From Lama guanicoe (Eukaryota): a stretch of DNA of 64,000 nt. Both the position numbers and the translations under genes were made by a program. This document shows, one piece after another, positions 13,321 to 26,574 of the stretch. The notes under the pieces were generated by a model. That model ran no database searches. It was not told the origin of the DNA and worked only from the letters and a program-made list of their open reading frames with translations. Numbering within the stretch: position 1 is the first letter of the stretch; every line of letters begins with the position of its first letter. The stretch spans positions 3,293,032-3,357,031 of the forward strand of contig MU054400.1 of NCBI GenBank assembly GCA_013239625.1, in the 5' to 3' direction.

Positions 13321-13569
13321 CTAGCCAACTCACCCCTCTGGCCGTCAGTGTCTCCATATGTTACATGAGGGAGCACAGCCCTCCGTGATTTCCAAGGGTT
13401 CTTCAACTCTGTCTTAAATCCTACTTCACAGCTGTCTCTCTATTTTCCTAGTCCCATGTGCTCTATTTGCAGCCCCATCAGCACGAGGGATTTCTCTGCT
13501 GCTGGTCCCTGCTATTACGCTCAAACAAACCTCTGTTGCCAGAGAAAGGGGTGTGGTCAGGTCTCCAAA

Positions 13570-14440
13570 AACAGATGTTGCAAAGCCTGCCAGCTGAGCC
13601 CTGGGATCCATTCTCCCTTCCTTCCTAGTAATGGAATCTGTTTTAGCTGGGTACCTGGGTACCTGGAATAAAGAATAGATTTTGCAGCTGGTATGAGCTG
13701 AGTGGCTGTGTCTTCCCCAAATTCCTATGCTGAAGCCTTACCCTTCCTTCCCTGTGATGGGATCAGGAGGCACAGTCTATGGGAGGTAATTAGGGTTAGA
13801 TGAGGTCATGAGAGCGAAGCCCTCATGAGAGGAATTAGTGCCTTTATAAGAGTCATGAGCAAGCTGGCTTCCCCTCTCTGCTCTCCTCCGTGGGAGAGTG
13901 CCACAGGAAGGTGGCCAGTGGGGGGAGAGTCCATGCTGGTACCCCATCTCAGACTTCCAGCCTTCAGAACTATGAGAAATAAATTCCCATTGTTTATAAG
14001 CCACCCAGTCCATGGTATTTTGTTATAGCAGCCGGAGCTGCGATACCAGCCTCCCTTGCAGGCGGCTGTGGCCATGTGACTAAGTGCTGACCAATAATGT
14101 GTGAGCAAAAGCATGATCTGTGACTCTTGGGAAATGCCTTAAAGAAAGAGTGCACTCCCTTCTTACCCCATCTTCCTTCCTGTGCCCAGGATGCAGGCGC
14201 AGTTGGCGATGGTGGAGTCTGAATGGCTCCTTCGTCCATCAGGAGGAAGCCACGTTCTAAAGACAGCGGAACAAGAAGACGGAAGGAGTCTGGCTCCCCG
14301 GGGACTCCATGAAGGCACCTGTCAGCCATGAACTGCCTCCTCCATGTTTCTTTTTCATGAGAAACAAATAGCACCCATCTTGCTTAAGCCATTATTATTT
14401 TGGATTTTCTGCCACACAGAGCTGAGACTTTCCTAACCAA
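13570..14440 (+). mobile_element. Older MaLR LTR interrupted at 13689-14045
   Basis: CAGCCTCCCTTGCAG..GTGGCCATGTGACTAAG..GACCAAT..CTTGCTTAAGCCATT..TTTTCTG; the 5' part lies before 13689. Confidence 0.7.
13689..14045 (+). mobile_element. Younger MaLR (MLT1A-like) LTR nested in an older MLT1
   Basis: CCCAAATTCCTATGCTGAAGCC..GGAGGTAATTAGGGTTAGATGAGGTCATGAG..GAAATAAATT..TTTATAAGCCACCCAGTCCATGGTATTTTGTTATAGCAGCC; 5-bp TSD-like GCAGC/CCAGC. Confidence 0.85.
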
Positions 14441-15116
14441 CAGAAACTACATCTCCCATCTAATGAGAGATTTAGCAGGGCTCCCCATCTGAGCTCTTCT
14501 AGTGCCTGTGCAGGAAAGCCATGATGATTCATTTAAAAGCACTCTATTCGAATACTGTCTTCTCCAATTTCCTACAAATCAAATTACGAAGAGACCAATT
14601 GGATTTTTCAAGTCCCTCAAAATGTCCTTTTTAGATGTTTTTGGTATTAAATAGTAACAGAATTTAAATGGCATCCACAAAACACACAGATGTGACTGTG
14701 ATATAAGTTACATAAATCTGCGAGGGCGAGAACCTCACCATCACGCACGGACACAGCAGAGATGGGAAAACCATGAGCTGCACCTCGTAGGTTTGCCCCC
14801 AGACACCACCGTCTGGGCCCAGATGGCCATCTATTGAGATGCCGAGGCACCCTCCCTGTTCCTAGGGGAGTGAAATCCAGAGAGATCAAGGTAGTAAAGG
14901 GCAAGGAACCACAATACTCTCATTCCCATTGTTTCTAGACCCTGAGCTGCTTGAAAACAGAAGTCGAAGTTGTGTGTTACCCACGGTCCACACCCCTCAT
15001 GCTGGGGACGGGGGCAGGCGCAGAATGAGCTCAGTCCCAGGGGGTCCGGCTTTGAGCCCCAGCTGTGCCAGCTTCATGCAGGTGGGACCAACCAAGGGAC
15101 AAAAACTTCTTGTAAA

Positions 15117-15146
15117 TTATTATTGTTATTATTATTATTATTATTA
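15117..15146. repeat. (TAT)n microsatellite
   Basis: Read directly. Confidence 0.9.
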
Positions 15147-16184
15147 ATCATCATTGACTTGAAAGAAGAGAAGGAACTAACATTGGTGGAAAGCCTGTGC
15201 CTGTGCCTTGATCAGGTCTTTACTTGACAATCTTATCTATATTGTGTCACTTCATCTACACAGAGACTTAGTCCCAATGTATAGACACGGCAACCAAGAT
15301 TCAGCGAGGCTAATAAATCCCCCAAGACGTCGCAGCTGCAATGGTAGCACCCAGACTTCGTTTCGGGTCTCCCTGACCTCCAGGCTCATGCCCTGCTCAC
15401 TTCTGAGCACTACCCCCCTGCCCGTGGCAGGTGGAACGCCCCCCTGACCACCACATCCACTCTTCCTGAAGATCCGACATTTTCCATTCTAACTGAGCTT
15501 TTTAGTTATGCTTATTAAAATCATTTACACCCCAACCCATCCAAAAATAAATTTGAGACAATACAAAAGGCTATATAACAGATTAATAAAATAATTACTG
15601 TTAATGAGGGTAAAGATGTGGCTAATTTGTCTTAACAAAATCGGCTGGGTCTCGGTGAGGCACAGAGGTGGTTATGGGGTCTGAGTTGGCAATCAGATTC
15701 ATGAGACACAGAGAGACTTCAGACTCGTACCGTGTTCACTCAGGTTTCTGGAAGGAAACAGAACTGGGAATACAGAAGGTGCAGACTCTTCAGCTCACTG
15801 CAGGCTCCTCAGCCACTAAAGGGTACAGCTTCCTGTGCCCCCTCATACACGGGACATGCACGGTTGCCAAGGGTGAGAGTCAGTTGCACAGGCTCATCTT
15901 GACACAGCATCACAGAGCACCTGAGCTTCTCACCAATCTCTTATACCACCCTCATCCTGTAGGCTCATTGCCTGTGTGCCAGCTCCCAGCTCCCCTCAGC
16001 CCAGATGAAGTCCCCCAGATCGTAGACATGGCAGTCCTCATTTGTCTTACCTCTGTAGTTTCCACAGAACAACACCGTGAAGACTTTCTCTGAGGTCACT
16101 CAGGCCTCATTCCAATGCTTGGTACCCGGGTATCACAGTAAAAGATAAAAACATTCAGAGTTATGTTGTATTGTGTAAGTTCTA

Positions 16185-16678
16185 CATCAGTGAGAACTGG
16201 GCTGAAAGTAGCCGAAAAGCCTGACTGATGTTGGCTTAAACACACAGGGATCTGTTTTTCACGAAGCAGGGATGTGGTCCAGGGATGCGGTCCAGGGATG
16301 CTGAGAGATGAGTCCCAGGGGTTCTGATTTCCATCCATGCCTGTTGTCTGTGGTTGTCATGAAGATGCTGCACTTCCTGGTCTCCCATCCACAGGACAGG
16401 CAGAGAGAGGAAGGAAGGGAAAAGGAAAAGGGGGAAGGGCAGAACTTGGAACAGGAAGCAAAGACTCTCCCCACATTCCCAGCAGACATCCTCTCACATC
16501 TCACTGGGCCTTCACTCACTGTGTCACGCAGCCACCATTAGCTGCAAGGGAATCAGGAAAGGTGAGTGTTCTTAGCCGGGCACAGAGCCACCCCAAGCAG
16601 AATGGGATTCTGTTAGTAAGGAAGAAGGGACGGTTGGGCAGTGGGTAGTTGGGCAGGTAATCAGCAATTTCTGTCACA
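16185..16678 (-). mobile_element. Old MaLR (MLT1J/K-like) LTR
   Basis: GGCTTAAAC..GCAGCCACCATTAGCTGCAAGGGA..GGATTCTGTTAGTAAGGAAGAAGGG..GGGCAGGTAATCAGCA. Confidence 0.65.
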
Positions 16679-17963
16679 TATGGCAAACTTGACAATAGTT
16701 TTCAGACCCCCCCAACCCCTGCACAGTCTGAGGCAGTCAGCTCCACTCACACGGCCTCTTCCCAGCAAGCAAAGCTCCCTCCCTCTGGCCCCAGCCTCTT
16801 CCTCCTGCCCCCACAACAGTGCACCAAACGAACACAAGTCCTCTGCACACCCCTCATTCCCTCTACTAGCCGTCAGCCTTTAGGGAAACCACCAAGGAAT
16901 TTATATCCCTGGCCTCATTTTTAGAGCTTTACTAAGGGCTGGATTTTTACAGCCGGAATTTAGAAAGAATGCTCAAGATCACAGCACTTCTCTCACCAAG
17001 ACAGGGCCCCCATTCCCTCAGGCAAGTCCCCGGGTTTGCTTAGTTTTATTTTGCCAACCAGATGCTGGCCTCTAAGTCACGTTCTAAAACAAAGTGGCTA
17101 CCATGACCTAGATATTTCTTCAGGTATCTGAGAGCCACACGCAGAGTCTGCATCAACCTATTCTAGTCAAAGCTGTCTTAGTAGGTAGTGAGCTCCCTGG
17201 TATGGGAAACAGCCAAAAGGTTGACCAGCTGCTTCTTAAATGCAGCAGCGTGTGTGTGTATCAGAGAAAGGCTGGACGTTCCATCTGGCCCCAAAAGCCA
17301 GCGCTTTGGATCTTTGTGGTTTGCTTTAGTTTCCCTCTTAAAACAGCATCAAGCAAAAATTGTGGGGCTCCCAGCAAAGGGAAAGATGAGTCACAGGGTT
17401 TAAAAATTGGGTTAAGGGAAATGTGATGGTAAAATCACCCTGTGGTTGGCTGGGATGAAATTTAGATGCTCTCCTGGGCACCAGTTTAGAAGTTTCTTTC
17501 AAAATCTCCTGAGAAGAGGTGCCTCACAGCAACTTCATGAGGGTGATAGGTAACTGGCCACTGCCTCTTGAGGATTCCCCAGACCAGATCAGATTTTAGA
17601 AGTGATGGGTTGAAGGGATCGTAAAATATAGTAACCATTATTAATCATAACATTAATAAAATAAAACCAAGCTCTCCTCTCCTTCAAGTGAGGGGGATCT
17701 GGAAATGGGAAGAGAAGACATTGAAGGCAAAGGAGGGCATCCCTAATGTGATGTTTTAAAAACCATAATCCTTTAAAAACCTTAATCCTAGGGATTTAGA
17801 ACCTAAAAGTTCTATGAGAAGATGCACAAACTCCTACCATGCTCTAAATCAGATCTAACCTGCCTCCACACAGGTGAATCTTAAGCTCACAAGGAATATT
17901 TGGGAAAGACAGATAAATGTAGTTTTTGCTACTGGAGGAATGTTTAGAAAACAATAACCCATA

Positions 17964-18505
17964 TGTGGTAGATGATTATAAAAATGGCTTCACTTACTCA
18001 CCATTCCCTGCACTCACACCCTTCATCCTGTGACTTTGAAGCTCCTCCTATTAGGATGGAGTCAATTTCTCCGCCCTGGATCTGGGCCAGGACTTCTGGC
18101 CAATAGGATGTGGGCAGGAGTGACGATGCGTCAGTTCCAAGTCTAGGCGCGGACCTCAGAGGCATGAGGCGGTCCACCCAGGAGCTGAAGAACCTATGGA
18201 CTTGCAAACAATAACAAATGCTTATTGTTTTAATCCAAGGTCAGCAAACTTTGTCCCTAAAGGGTCAGATAGTAAATTTTCTAGATTTTACAGGCCACAT
18301 ATGGTCTGTGTTATATATTCGTTTTATGTGTTTTAAACACTTTAAAGGTAAAATATATAAAAAACACAAAACCATTCTTAGCTTGTGAGTCCTACAAAAG
18401 TGTCCTATGGGCTGAATTTGGCCCATGGGCCATAGTTTGCCAACCCTTGTTTTAAGCTACTGAGTTCTGCAGTGGTCTGTTACACAGTGATAGTTAACTA
18501 ACCGG
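17964..18505 (+). mobile_element. MaLR (MLT1) LTR fragment interrupted by MER58
   Basis: TGTGGTAGA..ATTATAAAAATGGC..GGAGTCAATTTCTCC..TTCTGGCCAATAGGATGTGG; the 3' end TTTTAAGCTACTGAGTT..GTTACACAG resumes after the MITE. Confidence 0.7.
18236..18449. mobile_element. hAT-Charlie MITE (MER58-like)
   Basis: Terminal inverted repeats CAAGGTCAGCAAACT / AGTTTGCCAACCCTTG; 8-bp TSD TTTTAATC / TTTTAAGC. Confidence 0.85.
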
Positions 18506-19149
18506 CCACATGGATTTTGTTTGCTCTTGTATCTTGTTCCCTTGCAGACAGAGACTAAACCATCAGGGTCATTGCCTCTGAGATGAAGCGGCTGGCTGCT
18601 ATGAGAAACAAAAAGGCCACTGATCAACTTTGAAACTTAAAGCTGATGTTCTCAGTTTCTTTAATAAAACAATAGCCTGAAAGCCAGTCTTTATGATGAG
18701 AAAGGTTCCTAAATTTCAGGGACTAATGGCCAATATTATGGGATTCCAGAGGAGGGTGCCAGATAAGACTCAAAAAGTCAGAGAAGACCAGTCTGACCTC
18801 ACTGGGATCTACTGATGGACCAGGGCTGTCATCTTGCAGCAGAGATGGGCCAGGAACCAGGGACAGAGTGAGTCTGCCCCTTCCTCTAAGACCATGAGGT
18901 CACGTAAACCCAATCACCTAATCCTTTGGAATCATGAAATGAAGATATTTAAAAAAAAAAAAAGAAAAGAAAGAAAGAGGAAATAAGAAAGACAGCATTT
19001 AACTGAGTCATGCCTACAGAGAATGAATAGGACATTTAAATCCTTCGATTGGGCTGAGATGACTGAGCTGGACTAAATTTAGATTTTCCTTGCGACTCAG
19101 TGGGTTGGAAACTTCAAAGGAAGCTAGGTCAGTTGTAGGAAACAATATA

Positions 19150-19590
19150 TGTTCAATTATGTCTCCCAAAAGATAGACTGAAATCCTAACCCCCAGTACC
19201 TGTGAATGTGACCTTTTTTGGAAATAGAGTCTTTGCAGATGTAATCAAATTAATACAAGGTCATTGGAGTGAGCCCTAACCCAATATGACTGATGTCCTT
19301 ACAAGAAGAGAAGACATAGACACACAGGAGAAGATCACTTGGGGATGGGGACGGAAACTGAAACAGTGTGGCTGCAAACCAAGGAACGCCCAGGATTGCC
19401 GAAGCTAAGAGAAAGGCATGGAACAGATTCTCCCCTGGAGCCTGGGAGGAAGACCCTAGCGCCCAGGCTTGGCCATGATGATACCTTGATTTCAGTTTCC
19501 AGGCTCCAGGATTCTGAGGGATGAATTTCCTTTATTTAAAACCACCCTGTTGTGATGCTTTATTACATTCGCCACAGGAAACTTACACGA
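19150..19590 (+). mobile_element. MaLR (MLT1B/C/D-like) LTR
   Basis: GAAATCCTAACCCCCAGTACCTGTGAATGTGACCTT..TGGAAATAGAGTCTTTGCAGATGTAATCAA..GGAACAGATTCTCCC..GGAAACTTACAC. Confidence 0.85.
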
Positions 19591-19844
19591 AGTTCATCTC
19601 TTTCTAAAGAACGTAGCTATATCTCCTGATTTATATCAGTGATGATTTCCGCACTGTTTTTCTTCACCAGACTTCTGAAATCCGAAGTGGTCCTCCAGCC
19701 TCCCGTGAATACTGGAGAAGATGGAACATGGGGACCTCGGTGATGGCATATTCTCTGAAGACTTCTGTTTCGGTTTTGGTTTTGGTTTTGAGGGAAAAGG
19801 GCTGATTTTTAAAGAGTTTTCCAAGAACATCCTACTTTTTCGGA

Positions 19845-19990
19845 CCCTAACTGTGGTGTGCATTAAAATCACCTAGAGAACAAAGACTTCTGAACCCCAT
19901 CCTCGGAGATTTTAATTCACTTTACCTAGAAAACAAAATCCAAGAACTGATATCTTTAGCAAACTCCTAGCGATTCTGGAGAAGCAGTAG
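19845..19990. mobile_element. MER5A-like hAT MITE fragment
   Basis: GCATTAAAATCACCT..CCCCATCCTCGGAGATTTTAATTCA..TTTAGCAAACTCC..GATTCTG. Confidence 0.55.
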
Positions 19991-20231
19991 AAAAACCTTT
20001 CCCCAGAAGCATCCATGGAAGGAGCTCAAAATTCAAGGTTGGCAAAAAGCTCCTGTTCATCTCCTGCCCACTGAGGAAGCGGTCCCAGCTAAAACGGGAG
20101 AGCTTGGGCATATAGATGCTCCTTCGCTGTGGCGTCCCTCAGAGAAGTGGAGGACCAGGGCTGAAGCAGCCTCACCCCTTGCCCTCTCTCATCCTTTACA
20201 AATCAGGAGCCTGGACTAGACTCTGGGAGAA

Positions 20232-20250
20232 AGATGCCCCCTGGTGGCCA
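20232..20250 (-). promoter_or_regulatory. CTCF-binding motif
   Basis: Minus strand reads TGGCCACCAGGGGGCATCT, matching the canonical core TGGCCACCAGGGGGCGCTA over its first 15 bases; lies in non-repeat sequence. Confidence 0.7.
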
Positions 20251-21139
20251 TGTTTAGTTTTCCTGGCACTTAGCAACCGGCTCCCAGCCAGTAGCTAAAC
20301 CACCCCCACATAAATGGATGGCACTATATCAATAACACAGGGCAATGGAGCAACTTATTGTGATCTTGACTCATATGGTAATAAATATGAAATTGGAACA
20401 CAGAAACGGAACATCCACAGGAAATGGCAACTGCATTTTATGGGTCTTAAATTTCATACCAGAAGAGAAAATCACTAATGGGGTCTGGAAAGCTAAAGGC
20501 AGGGTCTTTTTTTTTTTTTTCAAATCCTTTTCAGAAGAAAGCAAGACAAAACTGCAGAACACGGGGTTGAGTTGGGGTGAGGTCGGAGGGTGGGCTACTC
20601 AAGTCATTTGAAAAGAAAATTTCTGTGTAGTGTTAAGAGGGAAAATTTTTAAGCAATTTAAATCAAAAGAAATGAAGGCTTTAAAAATGCATTTGATTTT
20701 TAAAGCAGCCAATATCTATTCCAAATAAATTGTGTTTTCTCCTCTCTACCCCATCTCGCTGATTAAATTACAGAAGAGGAAGGTAGTGAACCCCATGGTT
20801 CAGTCCCTGTGCTTGATCTGTTTCTATTGTTTGCAAGCCTCTGTCTATTCATGATAAAATACTGTCGCAATTTAACCAAGTATCTACTATATGTCAGGCT
20901 CTTCATACAGATTAACTCTGATCATCTGAAAACTTCTACAAGTTAGATATTACTAATCATACTTTTCAGATGAACAACTGATGTTCAAAATAGTTGATTC
21001 TGCCTACTAGTACTTAGTAAAAGAGTTAGGGTTGGGACTCTGACTGACTCCGAAACTCAAGGGCAATCTCTGACACCCACTTCTCTGTAGGACTTGGAAC
21101 ATGCCTTGAAATTCCGTTTTCCACAATAAAAATGATGCT

Positions 21140-21335
21140 GGGAATGGAGATTAACATTAAAAGGGTATAAAGTGTCTCATAGGGGTAATAAAAATGTTCT
21201 AAAGCTGGATTGTGGTGATGGCTGTGCAACTCAATAAACTTACTAAAACTCATTGACTTGTACCCTTAAAATGGGGTCAAGGTTATGATATGTAAACTAT
21301 ACCCCAATAAAGCAAATAAAGATACAACATTTAAA
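21140..21335 (+). mobile_element. L1MB-type 3' end
   Basis: GGGGTAATAAAAATGTTCTAAAGCTGGATTGTGGTGATGGCTG..TAAACTATACCCCAATAAAGC. Confidence 0.8.
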
Positions 21336-24300
21336 AAAAGGATAATATATTGAAACCAAAAGTAGAATGAGATTAATAACATGATCTAAGAGCCTAAGGG
21401 AGATACATTTGGATAGATGTTTCCCCATGAGCTTGGAAGTAAAATTAAGGGTAGAACTGTTGGTAAGATAATTTTGTCCACAGCAGAGCAGGCCCAGGGC
21501 TTTATCATGAAGACAGACCTGCCTACTTCGGGCTCCCCCTGTGGCTGAAATTCTCTACTCAGTGACAAGCACTTTCCCAGTAATATTTGTATGTGGCTCT
21601 TTATTTTTATTTTCCTACCAAAAGCTATTTGCATCCTTTTGTTTATACTAACATGTAAATGACTGATTCATGTTTAAAGGGTCTCCCTTCTGAAGGAAAT
21701 GTGTTATTTTAAAACTCCAAATAGTCAATCATCCCCTCTCTGCTGAAGAACGCAACAGAATATTTCTCTTGGATGTCCAAGTTACTTGAAATTTCACAAG
21801 CAAAATTGAAACCCATTATTATCGTATCTCCCACTGGTCAGACGTCTCCCCATTCCAACTTTCCTAATGGTGCTTGCCATCCATGTTTCTCTGGCTCTTG
21901 CCGCATCAGCTACATAGGTCTCAGCCACTCATAAAGTCCTCCAACTCCAAGTACTCCTGGGCAATTCCAGAAATGATGTCCTATCAGTTCTTGGACTGTC
22001 TGAGGCTATCCCATGGCATTTGCTATTTTTATTCTAATGAAAACTTTACCTTGGAGCTGGCGCTCCAGCGTCCTCCATCCGATACACCTCATCTTTGCCA
22101 CACAAGCACCACTTTGTTACAGATCACCACTCCCACTGTGTCACTCCTTTGCCAGCTGGCACTCTGCTTTTGATGGATACTTATGTGTCGTCTGGACAAG
22201 GCTGCCCACCCAGGCATCTTTGTTTGGCACATGGGAGACTCCCAGAGCCACAGCTATGTGCTGTTTAAAGTTGAAGTGAGAGAGCTCTCTCTCCGCTCTT
22301 ATGCACTACAGTTGGAACCGTCCCAAATCAGTCTTGCCTTCTTCTCCATACCCCATGGAAGGAAATCCAGAATTAAATCCAGAATTGTTGTCTGAACAAG
22401 CTCTTCCACCTGGAAGGAACACCAAATAAAGCACTTGCCTTTAGTAAATGGGAATGCCACCAAAGCATCATTTTTAATCTTGATGGACAAATCATCCAAT
22501 CTCTTTGCAGTATGTTACCCAGGGCAAAATCACACTGGAGCCCGCAGGTTTTATAGCTCCACCTGCAGTGACCTGACCCACCCTAGTGAAATCTCATTAC
22601 CCCGGGCACCAGAGTCCAGAGAAATCAGCCCCACATTGCTTTAGATGACCAGAGCACGGGGCAGGTATCAGAACAGGAAGAGTGCTACAAAGCTCCCTAC
22701 CATAAAATAAATCAGCAAAGGAATTCCCAAAAGTCAATTAACAGACAATTGTATCAATTAACTTTTAAAAAAAATAATCCACGTATTTGCATCCTGGGAA
22801 GCAATACTCCTTGCTGATCTGAGTGGATCTAGGAGTTTTGCCTTTTGTTTTTTTCCTCCCCTGATTTCATCCTGGGCAACCCTCTGAGTCTTGCTTTTTC
22901 AAAAGATTATTTTCTAGCAGCACTTTAAAAATATCAGCCTTACTTTTTTTTTCTCATCCAAAAGAAGCAACAAAATCTGTTGATTTCATTTACATTCCCC
23001 GGGGTTCTAGAGAGTCTAAAGATATTGAAAGCAAGCCCTACCTGAGAAACTGCTGCCCAGTGTTAAGATCTCTTAGGAAGCATTTCTTTACTCTCACGTT
23101 CTCAGTGCACCCACTAGCCAGATCCCAGGCACACTTTCACCTTGGAGTCCAGCCCCCTTGTTCTTCACCCTATGAATTGCTCCTCCCTGTGTAGATTGGG
23201 TTTGAAATGTTATCTTCCTAAACGGCTCTCATGCTTTTGTTTCAATTACTATTTTGAGAAGGAAACCAGATGAGGTCTTTGGAATTACCAACCACGTCTT
23301 AGGAAATGAAAAAATACTGCGAAGCCCCCCGCCCCAATGTAGTGCTATTTCTCCAAGACCCCATCCATCGAGACACCGGATGAAGCCCCTAAGTCCATTC
23401 CCCTGCCCTGACACTCACAACCTGACGGACCGAGGGACCGAGGGAGCCGCAGACTTTTCACTGCCCCAGCAAGGAGCCCTCAAGCGGGAAGATGCCCCTG
23501 GCGCTCCATGAGTCAGGAGGAAGGGCCCGCGACAAGGTCCTGTCCTTGGCAGGAGGTGGAAGTCTCGCTGGAGAAGTCAAATCAACAGACAGGAAACAGT
23601 GAGGGAGCAAGGAAGCGGCTGCTCAGCTCCTGGGGGCTGATTCTTAGGAAACAAGGAGTTTGGAAAAGCCAAGGTGGGTCGGAGGAGGCGAGGCTTGAGC
23701 TGGTCCTTGAATGAGCAAGATTAAAAAGAGGTAGAGGGGAACAGGGAGGTACTTTGAGTGAGTAGTGGGTGAGCAATTAGAGAAAAGATAGAAAGGAGGG
23801 TATAGGTGGCGGGGAGGTGGGGGGTCTGGGCTGGGGAGAGGTGGAATCAGTCAGGGCCCAGGAAGGCAGAAGCAAGCCCGCTCAAAGATGGCGAGCAAGT
23901 CTTCGAAACAGCGCCCTAGAGAGAAGGTCATGGCAGGTGTAAGGAAGCACACGGGTGGTGAGGTCCCTCTGAGCCAGCAGTGGGGGGGGGGTGTTGTTGT
24001 GAACCCTGACCCTTGAGGGACAAGGGGAAAGAGTGAGTACCAGGACCCAGAGAGGGCAACTCTCTGGAGGGGGCCACCTGGCGACACCTATGGTCTTCAT
24101 AAAGGGAGGCAGGCTCCTCCCCCAGAGAGACTCCCCAGGGAGGGAAGGAGCCAGGGGAAGACCTGGCCTGACCTTGCCACCCACTGCCACACTCCCGTCT
24201 TTTGCTGAGCACTGGCTAAGACCACGCACGTACCAGAGAACCCACTGGTGGCTGGGAAGGTGAGGCAGACACCTGGATGGAGGAGGCAAAGAGTGAATCT

Positions 24301-26574
24301 GGATGGGCACAGGGGAGAGAGCCAGCCAATGAATCACCTGGAGGCAGTGGTACAAAGTCCTATAGCAACTCCGGTCGGATATGATGGACATTTAGGCTAA
24401 AGGTAGTGGATGAGACCTCCCCCGCCCCGAACAAGTGAACTGCAATCAGTCCTCTTGTCCCCCGGGTCTCTGCTCAAATATTAAATGAGCCCCCCAAACC
24501 CCAGACTCATTCTCACACAGCAACCCCAGTGGATTTCCCTCGCAGCACTCATCTGAAGGTATCCCGGCCCCTTTGTTGTCTTTTATCCTCTGCTCCCAGG
24601 AAGGTCAAGTTTCTGGAGAACGTCTCCTGCTTGTCACTGTTCTCCCAGCACTAAGAACGATGCCTGCTGGGGTCCCCACCTGCTGAAATCTAGACGATGA
24701 TCACTCCGGGACAAGAACAAACTACACAAGCTGAAGACACAAATTGTGCTAAAAGCAAACTCAAGTCTACGTAGGAGCTAGGGAGCAGGGCAGGAAATGG
24801 GAGGGAGAGCGTGGAAAATGCTTTCCTTGCGCATGTCACGTGTTTTGCCGTGGTCAACGCAGGTGGCCAAAAAGGCTGAGAGTTCCGGCTTTCTGCCACC
24901 CCCAGGAGCCTTGTCTGCCTCTCCTTCTTGGAGAGCTGGCGAGAGCCTCTAATCTGGCCACCCAGCCACTGCCTACGAGGTCTCTCTTGTTTGCTGAAGC
25001 ACCTGGGGCATCTCCGGTTGGAGGGTCCCCAGCCATACATGGGTTTATGCTACACCCATTTCCTGGGGGAGGAAGATCTGTTCTGACATCAAACAGTCCG
25101 TCAGCATCGCTGTTCCAGAAACTGCTGGCATGACGAGTGGGCTGCACACAGAGGTAGCGGGTAAGGATTAGCTCATCTCTAATTATATGGAATTTACGAT
25201 TAGGCAGCAAGTTTATTTTGGAACACTGCAATAACAAGACGCACAGCGCTGGAGGACGAGGGGGCGGAGTTCTAGCTTGGCCTTTAGAATATAATAGCTT
25301 GTCATCGCCATGGAAACCAGCTCCCTGGGAGATGGCAGGCACCTTATTCTATAATTATAAGAGATCTGATAAGGGCTGGTGGAGGGGTGGGGGTGGGGAT
25401 GGTGATGTGTGGTTTTCTTTCTTTATAAATTGTACTCAGTAACTGAAAATAGAAGGACCTGGAGAACAAAGCCTGTTATTAACCACCATCTGCTAAGAGG
25501 CGGCTGCACTTCAACTGCCTGGAGAGGCTCTTCCTGCAGGCTTTGCAGACGTGCCCAGAATACCAGGGGTCGGTCAGGACTCAGTGTGCCTGCCGAGGAA
25601 AGGGGTGTGTCCAGGCAGATCAGGTGGGAGTTTGCTGCAATGAACGGTCCCCACTGTCTGAAGGCAGGCTTCCTACACCACCATCCCAGGAAAACCTGCA
25701 TGGTCTCCTTCCTCCTTCCCTCTTCCCACTGACCCCTCACTCCCAGATTTCATGCCCAAGTGCCATCACATCCATCCCAACCCTGAAGGACTTGAACTTA
25801 AGCACATTTCTTAAGCTTCCTGCGCCTCCGTTCTTTTGCAATTAAAGATTGTTAGGAGGATTAAACAAAGTCATGAAGATGAAGGAAACACGTTTGGCAA
25901 ACTGTACCGTTGGTCACACACAGCTGGACTCTCCTGAGAACAGAGCCAAGCTTGCTTTGGGAGAAAAATCACCCTTCATTTAAAAATCAAACCCCCTATT
26001 TTCCAGCTGAATGATTTTACCAATAAATGCCACAGTGGATATTAAAGGGAATAAGGATGCCCTGTTATAATAATAATAATTATTATTATTATTATTATTT
26101 TTCCATTTGTATAGCATTTTATAGCTTAAAAGTGTTCTCACCTATTTTATTGTGGTTGCATGTTGCCTTAATGGAGAGAGTGCTCCATGTTGACTCATTT
26201 ATAAGGAAGCCCAGGCAATTTGGAAAGCTTCTCTTCTAAAAGGCTTTCCCTGTTTTAAATGGGTCATGGTCATTAAAAACTGAAGCCTAGCAGCATGAGT
26301 ATGGCTGTGTATGTTAAGGGCACTGAGTCAATAAAATCACTGGGAGCTGTTGTCTAAAGCTATTCAAACTCTAAAGAGTTCATCCAATTGCCCTCAAAAA
26401 GCAGGAAGTGAGTGAGGAGAATGGGGAGTGATTCAGTCAGCCTGCTGTCCTGAATTCTTTAAAATCCAGAGACGTATTTTGGGGGAAATAGCACCACTCC
26501 CCTACTACATATAAGTCCCACGGGTCACTCATCACTTCTGGAAGCAGGAAAGTGTTCAGTGCTCAGTGTCTGCC

